Assembly: GCA_023659975.1 (NCBI GenBank)
Contig: JAGXOI010000003.1
Location: 7,633 to 39,632 of the forward strand
DNA from: Candidatus Aenigmarchaeota archaeon LH_S4
GTDB taxonomy: Archaea > Aenigmatarchaeota > Aenigmatarchaeia > QMZS01
Direction of reading: 5' to 3'
DNA: 32,000 nt
Numbering within the stretch: position 1 is the first letter of the stretch; each line of letters begins with the position of its first letter. A program made the translations under genes and the position numbers. The notes beneath the pieces are model-generated. The model had not been told where the DNA came from, ran no database searches, and was given only the letters and a program-made list of their open reading frames with translations. Positions 24,327 through 32,000 of this stretch are shown in pieces.

Positions 24327-24899
24327 TTATCTTGCCCCTTCAGCCTCTTTTTCATTTCTCTGTCTTTCTGCTACAGCATAACTTTCTGTGCTGTTTTTAC
24401 TTGCATTTATAAATTCTTCTGCCAGAACTTCATACATTTTTTTCTTTTTATTAAAAGTTTTTGCATAACTTCCCTGAACAAGTCTTCTCAAGGCAAGGTC
24501 TAATCTCTTTTTTGGAGAGCAAATTGAAGGTTTTCTTGCAACAATCCCCCCAACCTGTTGGGAAACCGTTAATTCATAGGGTGCAGAATTTTCTATTGCC
24601 CTGATAAAAATTTCTATTGGATTTTTCTTTGTTTTTTCAGATATAATATCAAAGGATTTTTCAACTATATTATAAATTGTCTGGTATTTTCCAGTACACC
24701 TTCCAGAAGTGAGTTTATGTTTTTTTCCTCTGTGTCCAGGTATCATCAGATGGGTTATAAGTTTTTCAATAATATGCTTATTTTTTGTTCTTCCATCTGT
24801 TTTTGGTAGAATTCTCTGTTCCAGATTAATATAACTCTTCAGACCCAAGTCATTTACTTCTACATTAAATACCCACTTTCCAAACAGTTTAAATTCCAT
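24327..24899 (-). CDS. rps7: Ribosomal protein uS7
   Basis: KLFGKW...VNDLGLKSYINL start, NPIEIFIRAIENSAP, QQVGGIVARKP, and ALRRLVQG. 190 aa. Confidence 0.9.
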   Translation of the reverse strand: MEFKLFGKWVFNVEVNDLGLKSYINLEQRILPKTDGRTKNKHIIEKLITHLMIPGHRGKKHKLTSGRCTGKYQTIYNIVEKSFDIISEKTKKNPIEIFIRAIENSAPYELTVSQQVGGIVARKPSICSPKKRLDLALRRLVQGSYAKTFNKKKKMYEVLAEEFINASKNSTESYAVAERQRNEKEAEGAR

Positions 24900-24944
24900 A
24901 ATTTAATAAAAATTTAATACCTAAGCCTTTTATTGGTTAAGTCA

Positions 24945-25094
24945 ATAAAAAAGGCTCAGTTAAGCGAAGATTATGAAGCTGGTTTTGGCTTGAGCCTTTT
25001 GTCAATTACTTCATAAAAAAGGCTCAGTTAAGCGAAGATTATGAAGCTGGTTTTGGCTTGAGCCTTTTGTCAATTACTTCATAAAAAAGGCTCA
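24945..25094. repeat. 68-bp tandem repeat, 2 identical full copies plus a 14-nt partial third
   Basis: The unit ataaaaaaggctcagttaagcgaagattatgaagctggttttggcttgagccttttgtcaattacttc occurs at 24945-25012 and 25013-25080, with a restart at 25081-25094. Each unit contains a 10-bp inverted repeat aaaaggctca/tgagcctttt around a 32-nt loop. Confidence 0.95.
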
Positions 25095-25118
25095 TATATA
25101 CTTTTTAGATATTATATT

Positions 25119-25988
25119 ATGTTAAAAATTTTAAATCATTTTAAAAAGGCCTGGGAGGCTTACAAGAGAAATTTTCCCCCTATTATTATTTCTATAGCTT
25201 TAATAATAATAATTTTTTCCTTGCTTGTAGGAGTAGGTTTTTTTGCTATTTTAGGAACAGAAGGTGCAACAGAAGTAGTGAATCATTACATAATAAGTGA
25301 AGGAACCACAGATTTTGAATCTCCAGAATTTTTAAACTCTATAAATATGGAAAATATTGGTTTCTTCTTTTTATTTTTAATTTTAGGAGTGATTATAACG
25401 ATATTCCTTGAGGCTGGATTTTGGGGGATTTGTTTAAAGGGGATTAAAAAGAAAGTTTCTACAGGTCTCTTTTTTACTACAATTAGAGAGAGGGGTATTT
25501 CTTATTTTTTAGCAAATATCTTAGTACTCTTAATAATAGTTGCAATTTCACTTCCTCTGATATTGATTTTTTATGGTTTGTTTTATCTATTACAAGCTAA
25601 TTTATTTCTTTCTGTAGTCTATCCAATGATCTTTTTATTAATAGCACCTTTTTTTATTTTTATTTTTCCAGCGGTTATAGAGGGAAAACCTATTTTTAAT
25701 TCGGTATCACAAAGTTTTATTTTTGGAAAAAAATATTATTTGGATTTAATCTTATTACCAATTTTGTTCTATGTTTCATCTTTGTTGAGTTTTATTCCGA
25801 TAGTGGGAGTTATTCTAAATTATTTTTTGATTGTACCTCTACTTGTTCTTTTGATTTGCTCTTTTTATCTAGAAGTCTCCAAGTCAGGCAGAGAAAAGAA
25901 ATCTAGAAAAACAAAGAAAACAGGAAAATCTGTGAGGGGGAGGGGCAAATCAAAAACTAGAAAGAGAGTTGTTAAGGGAGAAAAGTGA
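25119..25988 (+). CDS. Hypothetical multi-pass membrane protein with a polybasic C-terminal tail
   Basis: About 6-7 hydrophobic helices. Tail SGREKKSRKTKKTGKSVRGRGKSKTRKRVVKGEK. Confidence 0.55.
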   Translation: MLKILNHFKKAWEAYKRNFPPIIISIALIIIIFSLLVGVGFFAILGTEGATEVVNHYIISEGTTDFESPEFLNSINMENIGFFFLFLILGVIITIFLEAGFWGICLKGIKKKVSTGLFFTTIRERGISYFLANILVLLIIVAISLPLILIFYGLFYLLQANLFLSVVYPMIFLLIAPFFIFIFPAVIEGKPIFNSVSQSFIFGKKYYLDLILLPILFYVSSLLSFIPIVGVILNYFLIVPLLVLLICSFYLEVSKSGREKKSRKTKKTGKSVRGRGKSKTRKRVVKGEK

Positions 25989-27229
25989 TTATAGATTTTT
26001 TAGGAGGATGCAGAGAAATTGGAAGAGAAGCTTTTTTAATAAAGGATAAAAATACAAATATTGTTCTGGACTATGGAGTAGAGTTGCAGCCAAGAATACG
26101 GATTCCATCACTTCCAACAGTAAAATTAGATGGAATTTTTGTTACTCATGCACATCTTGACCATTCTGGGATGGTTCCTTTAATTTATAAAATGCAGAAC
26201 CCGAATTTGTATGCTACACCTGCGATCTTGGATTTGATGAATTTATTATTAGAGGATTATATAAAAGTTGCTGGGCTTAACAGGGGTTTTTCAGAATACC
26301 AAAAATATGATATCACTAAAATGAATAAGAGTTTTGTACCTTGTGTCTACAACCAACTCTTTAGAGTTGGTAATTTAGAGGCTAAACTTTTTGATGCAAG
26401 TCATATTCCAGGTTCTGCTTCTGTTTATCTTTCTGGCTCAAAGAGAATTTTATATACAGGGGATATTAATACAATACCAACCTATCTGTTAGGTTATAAG
26501 GAAATAAAATATCCTAAAATAGATTGTTTGATTACAGAGTCAACTTACTCTGAGAGGGAGCATCTAGATAGAAAAATAGAAGAAAATAGATTTATAGAGA
26601 AAATTAAAGAATATGAAAATGGACTCATTTTACTTCCAACTTTTGCAGTTGGTAGGGCTCAGGAGTTGTTACTAATGCTTTATTCACATGGAATTAAAAA
26701 AGAAATTTATTTGGATGGAATGGGTCAGAAAGCAGCGGATATAATTTTGTACCATAAAAATTACATAAGAGACTCAGATGGTTTAAAAAAAGTTTTAAAG
26801 AGGGTAAATTTTGTAAGAACAAGGAGGCAGAGAGATAAAATTATTAGAGAGGGAGGAATTGTTATTACAACAGCTGGAATGCTTAGCGGAGGTCCAATAG
26901 TATATTATTTAAAAAATAGTAGGAATAGGAAAAATACTTGTTTATTGATGACAGGTTATCAGGCTCAGGGAACTCCTGGAGAAAAATTACTTAAAACAAG
27001 ATACTTTGAAAATGAAGAAACTAAATTCAAGGTTAACTTAGAAATTCAGAAATTTGATTTTAGCGCTCACGCTGGTAGAAGTGAATTATTCAACTTAATA
27101 AAAAGACTTTCACCAAAAAAAGTTATTTGTGTTCATGGAGATAACACAATCAAGTTCGCCGAGGAAATTAAAGAAAAATTAAATATTGAAACTTTGGCTC
27201 CAAAAATAGGAGATAGAGTTGAAGTATAA
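25985..27229 (+). CDS. Beta-CASP family metallo-beta-lactamase RNase (aCPSF2-like)
   Basis: HAHLDHSG, motif A in ITESTY, motif B FSAHAG, motif C VHGD. 414 aa with no KH domains. The GTG start overlaps the upstream stop (GTGA). Confidence 0.8.
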   Translation: MIIDFLGGCREIGREAFLIKDKNTNIVLDYGVELQPRIRIPSLPTVKLDGIFVTHAHLDHSGMVPLIYKMQNPNLYATPAILDLMNLLLEDYIKVAGLNRGFSEYQKYDITKMNKSFVPCVYNQLFRVGNLEAKLFDASHIPGSASVYLSGSKRILYTGDINTIPTYLLGYKEIKYPKIDCLITESTYSEREHLDRKIEENRFIEKIKEYENGLILLPTFAVGRAQELLLMLYSHGIKKEIYLDGMGQKAADIILYHKNYIRDSDGLKKVLKRVNFVRTRRQRDKIIREGGIVITTAGMLSGGPIVYYLKNSRNRKNTCLLMTGYQAQGTPGEKLLKTRYFENEETKFKVNLEIQKFDFSAHAGRSELFNLIKRLSPKKVICVHGDNTIKFAEEIKEKLNIETLAPKIGDRVEV

Positions 27230-27246
27230 TAGACTCTTCCTTTATT

Positions 27247-27489
27247 CTACTCCTGATAATTCTTAAATTCTCTAGAATCTTTTCCATCAATTGTAATTTT
27301 ATATGAGATACAGGAGCCTATTATTTGCCTGATTTTTGCATTAGCAGAATTCCCTGGAATTTCACTGTTTTTGGCAATTTCCTTTATTTTTTCTAGGGAT
27401 ATGTCTCCGACAATTTCTTCTTGTTTTTCTTTTTTTGCGAGTTTTTCCAGATTTGCTGCTTTTTTTACAAGAGCTGCAATTGTTCCCAT
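27247..27489 (-). CDS. Ribosomal protein L11 C-terminal-domain-like protein (no N-terminal domain)
   Basis: ALVKKAANLEKLAKKEKQEEIVGDISLEKIKEIAKNSEIPGNSANAKIRQIIGSCISYKITIDG parallels the L11 linker plus C-domain (LLKKAAGIEKGS..VGKITLEQV.EIAK.K..DL.A....A.K.I.GTA.SMGI.V.G). The ~65-aa NTD is absent. Confidence 0.4.
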   Translation of the reverse strand: MGTIAALVKKAANLEKLAKKEKQEEIVGDISLEKIKEIAKNSEIPGNSANAKIRQIIGSCISYKITIDGKDSREFKNYQE

Positions 27490-27515
27490 TTTATTATTTA
27501 ATTTTAAATTATTAT

Positions 27516-27761
27516 ATGAAAATTGTTGAGAGTAAAAACGATAAAATAGTTATGGAAACAGAGGAGACCCCAACTTTACTAAATTTGTTGGTTGATAGAC
27601 TCTGGAATGAGAAAGGAATAGAAAAGACTGCTTATGGGAGCAAACACCCTTTTTTGGAAAAAATGCAACTGCTTGTTGAAGGAAAAAACTTGAAAAAAGC
27701 AATAGAAAACGCTTGTGATTCAATAGTTAAAGATTGTGATAAATTAGTAAAGAAACTTTAG
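27516..27761 (+). CDS. rpoL: DNA-directed RNA polymerase subunit Rpo11 (RpoL)
   Basis: Starting from the internal ATG at 27516: MKIVESKNDKIVMETEETPTLLNLLVDRLWNEKGIEKTAYGSKHPFLEKMQLLVEG. This fits the Rpo11 pattern (EDHTLGNLL...V..A.Y...HP). The longer ORF from 27435 overlaps the divergent gene. Confidence 0.7.
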   Translation: MKIVESKNDKIVMETEETPTLLNLLVDRLWNEKGIEKTAYGSKHPFLEKMQLLVEGKNLKKAIENACDSIVKDCDKLVKKL

Positions 27762-27819
27762 TTTTTTATTTTTTATTGAAATTGTCTATTTATTTGTCTT
27801 TGTAGACATACTGAAAAAA

Positions 27820-28089
27820 TTAGTCTTTTTCCTTGAAATATTCAAGTAACTCTTCACCTCTCTTTGTTAGGGTATAAAGTCTACCGACTTTCTGGTTAGG
27901 GTTTACACATTTAACTAGTTTTCTAGCGTCTAATTCTCTCAGCGCTCTTGAGCTCATATTTAAACCTATTCCACTTATTCTTCCTATTGATGAAGGATTT
28001 TGTGGTTTAAATAATACCTTCAATACTTTTTCTCTATTTTTTGCTCTCTTTACAAAACCCAAATCTTCTAAAATTTCAGTCCTATTCAT
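27820..28089 (-). CDS. Small winged-HTH transcriptional regulator
   Basis: 89 aa. PSSIGRISGIGLNMSSRALRELDARKLVKCVNPNQKVGRLYTLTKRGEELL gives an HTH plus wing (ArsR/MarR-like). Confidence 0.65.
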   Translation of the reverse strand: MNRTEILEDLGFVKRAKNREKVLKVLFKPQNPSSIGRISGIGLNMSSRALRELDARKLVKCVNPNQKVGRLYTLTKRGEELLEYFKEKD

Positions 28090-28153
28090 TAATTGACAAC
28101 TAAACAGAGTATAGAGAATTTACCAACTAAATATAAACAAAGTATAAACAATT

Positions 28154-28306
28154 ATGATAAGAGACAAACAAATTTTGTATATGCTTATAATTCTCCTTGT
28201 ATTATTCCTTATATTTCAAATAATTTTTACTTATTATTTCTTTAAGCCGGATGGTGTCTGGGAAATTCTGCAATCTATTTATTTTGCTTCTAATATATTT
28301 GGTTGA
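28154..28306 (+). CDS. Possible 50-aa small membrane protein
   Basis: Hand-translated MIRDKQILYMLIILLVLFLIFQIIFTYYFFKPDGVWEILQSIYFASNIFG*. One TM helix. It ends just before the downstream gene start. There is no other support. Confidence 0.25.
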   Translation: MIRDKQILYMLIILLVLFLIFQIIFTYYFFKPDGVWEILQSIYFASNIFG

Positions 28307-28314
28307 TTCTGAAG

Positions 28315-29277
28315 ATGATAGGAAAAATAATCATTCAGAGGACGAAACATATTTTAGTAATACTGCTGTTACTTTTTACCCTGAGTTTACCCATTATAGC
28401 ACAAACTCAATGTTCCTGCATAAAACTTATACGAGAAAATGCGGATTTTTGTGATGGTCAAAACGTTACTTTAGTTGGTAAAGTTACAAATCTTGATTTT
28501 TCAATCTCAGAAAATGGAAATAAATACACAACCTTCCTGTTAGATGATAATATAGATAAACCAATTAAAGTCTTTAGTTATTTGCATTTGAAAATTTCAG
28601 ACGGAGATAGAGTAAATGTAAAGGGGATATTTCACAAAACTATAAAAAAAGGAGAACATACTTTTTATTTTGAAATTACAACAGATATGGAAGGTATTTC
28701 CATAATTAAAAAACCTTCCTTTATCTCCAAAGAGTCTTATGTTATATTTTTATTTATTCTTGCTTTAGTTGGTGGATATGTTGTTTATAAAAAATACAAA
28801 CCAACTAGACACAAAATTGGAAGAACTTTTGAGTCTTATACTTTATCTCTCTTTGGTCCCAAAGACTGGATTATTGTAACAAAAACAGGAGACTTTGCAG
28901 AAAAACTTGGTAGAAAAGTTGAATCTGATTCCAATCCAGACCTTATAATGAAACACAGAACTACAAATAAAGTCATTGCTTTTGAATGTAAATATCGTTC
29001 AGCCTTTAAAAAGTTAAATAGAGGTGAAGGAGTAGTTTGGGCTCAAGAATACCAGATTAAAAATTACAAGGTATACCAAGAAAAAACCCATACTCCTGTA
29101 TTTGTAGTTATTGGTGTTGGTGGGAAACCAACAAACCCGCAACATTTATATCTTCCACCTTTATATGCTTTGAAGTATTCATTAGCATTTAAAGAATATC
29201 TGGAGGGATTTGAACGAGAAGCTAAAAGTAAATTTACACTTGAAGAGTTTAAGAAATTTTATGATAAATTAAAATAG
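28315..29277 (+). CDS. Membrane protein: signal anchor + OB-fold + TM + PD-(D/E)xK nuclease-like domain
   Basis: ATG at 28315 (the track ORF begins at 28303). HILVILLLLFTLSLPIIA anchor. OB-fold-like GQNVTLVGKVTNLDF...YTTFLLDD...IKVFSY...GDRVNVKGIFHK. Second TM YVIFLFILALVGGYVVY. C-terminal restriction-endonuclease-like core: FESYTLSLF, PDLIM...KVIAFECKYRS (D...E-x-K). Confidence 0.55.
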   Translation: MIGKIIIQRTKHILVILLLLFTLSLPIIAQTQCSCIKLIRENADFCDGQNVTLVGKVTNLDFSISENGNKYTTFLLDDNIDKPIKVFSYLHLKISDGDRVNVKGIFHKTIKKGEHTFYFEITTDMEGISIIKKPSFISKESYVIFLFILALVGGYVVYKKYKPTRHKIGRTFESYTLSLFGPKDWIIVTKTGDFAEKLGRKVESDSNPDLIMKHRTTNKVIAFECKYRSAFKKLNRGEGVVWAQEYQIKNYKVYQEKTHTPVFVVIGVGGKPTNPQHLYLPPLYALKYSLAFKEYLEGFEREAKSKFTLEEFKKFYDKLK

Positions 29278-29316
29278 TAACTACATTTTTAGCTTGTAAT
29301 TTTAATTATTTCAAAA

Positions 29317-29488
29317 TGGGCTCGAGGAGATTTCCAATTGGCAAATCGGAAAATTGCAAATCTTTGATTTGCCAGATTTGAATTCAGGAAAGTTTTTTAA
29401 AAACTTCACTCCTGATCTCCGCGATGTCAACGCGACGTCCTAACCAACTATCCCAAGATTATAAAAATCCTGTCTAGACCACGAGCCC
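29317..29488 (-). tRNA. tRNA-Val: tRNA-Val(GAC) with three putative non-canonical introns
   Basis: Exons 29488-29474, 29447-29409, 29382-29375 and 29328-29317 assemble into a 74-nt cloverleaf. Acceptor GGGCUCG/CGAGCCC, A73, D-arm GUCU-AGUUGGUUA-GGAC, anticodon arm UCGCG-UUGACAU-CGCGG, T-arm AGGAG-UUCAAAU-CUCCU. Introns of 26, 26 and 46 nt each contain a strong hairpin. Junctions can slide by 1-5 nt because of repeated bases. Confidence 0.8.
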
Positions 29489-29534
29489 ATAATTAATTAC
29501 TAAGTTTTTATCTCTTAATTTAAAAATAAACCGA

Positions 29535-32000
29535 TTATAATTTCACTTTTAAACTCACAATCTCAAAAGGATCAACATTTAACTTAATTTCGTTTTCCTT
29601 AATTTCAATTTTTTTATCAAATTCTTTATCTTTTTCTTCTATTAAGTTTACTACTTGCACTTCTTCTGGTTTTTTAAACAAAGTTAAAGTAGTTTCTGTT
29701 TTTTTGCCCTGTGCTTCATAAAACCTGATTATTATTCCTTTTTCATCTTCACTCTTTTTTAGCACAGTTACGATAACATTATCTGGAGAGACTTTCAAAA
29801 ATGAGTTTTCCCTCTTGTATTTCTTTTCTCTCTGTAACTGCAAGGCAATTAGGCTATAATTGAATTCATATCCCTGTTTGTAAGAGTTTGCCTTTTTCCA
29901 GTTTTTCTTATGAGGATATATAGAATATGTAAAATTATATTTCTTGATTTCCCTTGCATCAGAGACAGGGATTACTGGTCCAGATTCCCCATCAGAAGAA
30001 AGCATTTCAACTGACCGCATTAAAGTCAAATATATTGTTTTATCTCTTACTTCATTTTCAGGGTTCCCCTTATTTATAACTGTCAGTCCCTCTTCTTTAT
30101 CACTATAATCAATCCATCTTAGAGAAGGGAATACTCCAGAAGGTTCTTCTACCCATCCTTTTGGCTTTAGATAATAGAGATTAGTTTTTCTTTTTATTGC
30201 CCCAAATTGTGTTTCACAGGTATATTCTGTTTTTTTAATGTTTGTATCAAATTTTACCCTTAATCTTATCATTGGATGATTATTTTCAACATAGGTTATA
30301 AAGTCTATTCTTGGAATATCTTTGTAAATGATTATTTTCTTTTTAAATTTTATAAATTTTTGTCTCCAGATTTTTGTGTTTGTTTTGTCTGTTAATCTAT
30401 AAGGCCATCTTAAAGAATAGTAATCGCTTTCTATGTTTATAACTCTCCTTAATGGAGATTTATCAATCCAGAAGTTATTTACCTTAAAAGAACCATATTT
30501 GACTCCTTCTCCCCTCTCTGTCTTTAAAGGAATTCCAAGTCTTTCTCTATGATAATAGAGGTCTCCACTTTCTTCTTCAACTACTAACTCATTTCCTTTA
30601 CATATCCTCTTGTTATTTTTAAATACTTCTATAAGTCCTGTATCTGAAGAAAACCTAAGTTTAAAAAATTTGTTTTCAATCGTGTTTCCTATTATTTTTA
30701 TAAATGAATTTTTTTCAGTTTTTGTTATTGATTCTATAATTTTGTAAACTTTGTATCCTGTTGGAGGAACATTTGCGACAAAACCTATTTTTACTCTTTT
30801 TAAGGATTCATCCTCATACCTTGCAAATCTTATAACTTCAACTTCTCTTACTTCATCCCTATTCTTAACTCCTTCTATTTTAAATACCTGCCCTTTGTTA
30901 AATTTCAGGTTAACTTCCACCCAATTACTTACTTCCCAAGATAAAGGATTAAATACTGCAAGATCTCCAAAAGTTTCATTATTTGAATCATTTTCAACAA
31001 TAGATTTCAAAACAGATGGAATTAGATATTTAATTTTGGTATTTAGGAAACCTATATGTTGCTTTGCTTCTTCATATCCTTTATCCATGCCTGTACCAGG
31101 AACGACATCATGAAAACCTAAAAATAATACTTTTTTCCAGCATTCTCTTAATTCTTCTGGATAGTAGCTATCTATAAAAGAATTAATTGTACAAAACTTC
31201 TCAAGACCTACTAGTTTAGTTTCATATTTTCTTAAATTTTTTTTAAGCCATATCCTGCTTGATGCAACATCAGGAAATATTTCAGAATATTTTCCAGAAT
31301 ACATTTCACCTTTTCTGATTTTTAGTTTTTTTTCATATTTTTCCACCATCTTAAAAAATTCCGAGGGGATTGCAATTTTTATCTTGGTTTTATTCTTTTT
31401 GTTCCAGTTCTTAACCACTTCTACTGTTTCTTCCTGCGGCATTGTAACACCACTACCAGAAGGCATGAGTACTTTATCTGTTGCAGATACATTCTTCATT
31501 TTTATATAATTTTCTCCGAGTTTACTTAAATTTAGACCCGCTCTATAACCCAAGGGCATAAAATGAGATATAATCCTTGTTCCATCTAAACCCTCCCATA
31601 TAAATTCAGAAGGTTTTTTCTCTGGGCATCCCCGCCTGAATGCAAGATATTTATAACCACTCTTTCTATATATCTGCGGAAGTTGTGCATTCAAACCAAA
31701 ACTATCTGCCTGCCACATTACAGGAACATCAACACCAAACTTCTTTTTTACAAATTGCTTGCCAAACATTATTTCCCTGATCAATGTTTCTCCCTGTGGA
31801 AGCATTGTATCAGCCATTAAGTATTCCCCATCTGCAATTTCAATTCTTTTTTCTTTCACATATCTTGTAATTTTTTTGAAAAATTCAGGATATCTCTTTT
31901 CAAGTTCTTCCAGAAGATAAGTTTGTTCTATAAGAAATTTGTAGTCTATCTCTTTCTCAAGCAGGTCAACAACCTTTTTCAGAATCAAATCTATATTTAT
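29535..32000 (-). CDS. GH38 alpha-mannosidase (5' end beyond window)
   Basis: Hallmarks include WQADSFGLNAQLPQIYRKSGYKYLAFRRG and FLGFHDVVPGTGMD. The frame stays open to position 32000 (INID precedes the track start), so the N-terminus is missing. Confidence 0.8.
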   Translation of the reverse strand: MNIDLILKKVVDLLEKEIDYKFLIEQTYLLEELEKRYPEFFKKITRYVKEKRIEIADGEYLMADTMLPQGETLIREIMFGKQFVKKKFGVDVPVMWQADSFGLNAQLPQIYRKSGYKYLAFRRGCPEKKPSEFIWEGLDGTRIISHFMPLGYRAGLNLSKLGENYIKMKNVSATDKVLMPSGSGVTMPQEETVEVVKNWNKKNKTKIKIAIPSEFFKMVEKYEKKLKIRKGEMYSGKYSEIFPDVASSRIWLKKNLRKYETKLVGLEKFCTINSFIDSYYPEELRECWKKVLFLGFHDVVPGTGMDKGYEEAKQHIGFLNTKIKYLIPSVLKSIVENDSNNETFGDLAVFNPLSWEVSNWVEVNLKFNKGQVFKIEGVKNRDEVREVEVIRFARYEDESLKRVKIGFVANVPPTGYKVYKIIESITKTEKNSFIKIIGNTIENKFFKLRFSSDTGLIEVFKNNKRICKGNELVVEEESGDLYYHRERLGIPLKTERGEGVKYGSFKVNNFWIDKSPLRRVINIESDYYSLRWPYRLTDKTNTKIWRQKFIKFKKKIIIYKDIPRIDFITYVENNHPMIRLRVKFDTNIKKTEYTCETQFGAIKRKTNLYYLKPKGWVEEPSGVFPSLRWIDYSDKEEGLTVINKGNPENEVRDKTIYLTLMRSVEMLSSDGESGPVIPVSDAREIKKYNFTYSIYPHKKNWKKANSYKQGYEFNYSLIALQLQREKKYKRENSFLKVSPDNVIVTVLKKSEDEKGIIIRFYEAQGKKTETTLTLFKKPEEVQVVNLIEEKDKEFDKKIEIKENEIKLNVDPFEIVSLKVKL

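Noticed and set aside
24945-25094. Tandem 68-bp repeat as a CRISPR array.
   Set aside because: The units are directly abutting with no unique spacers. The unit length is wrong, and there are no cas genes in the window.

Overview
Visibly AT-rich, tightly packed archaeal chromosome segment. Archaeal markers include Trm1, Taw1, an Sm protein, L7Ae, uS7, Rpo11, proteasome beta, DGGGP synthase and CarS. A small-genome DPANN-like host is inference only. Backbone genes are listed under features; they include ValRS, IleRS, topoisomerase IA, a beta-CASP RNase and a GH38 mannosidase that runs off the window end. No rRNA gene and no CRISPR array were seen. The main signals are non-coding or structural. 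(1) A ~350-nt GC-enriched RNA locus (1175-1530) carries RNase P RNA-like conserved motifs but an odd 5' architecture. It is bracketed by a 15-nt quasi-palindromic direct repeat exactly 300 nt apart. Its first 26 nt recur perfectly, inverted, 17 kb away (18196-18221), next to a canonical-looking CR-V motif. (2) Two tRNA-Val genes (CAC and GAC) have near-identical exons, each interrupted by three introns at mostly non-canonical and mostly different positions. (3) The last ~140 bp of ileS is duplicated 1012 bp downstream, bracketing a nucleotidyltransferase/broken-HEPN cassette; the repeat has a 52-nt perfectly conserved twin-hairpin core. This opens a decayed accessory island (10.6-15.0 kb). (4) A 68-bp tandem hairpin repeat lies in the divergent rps7 promoter region. 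(5) Unusual proteins include a membrane OB-fold/PD-(D/E)xK nuclease with a wHTH neighbour, and an L11 C-terminal-domain-only ORF. All calls come from reading the sequence and ORF translations; no searches were run.
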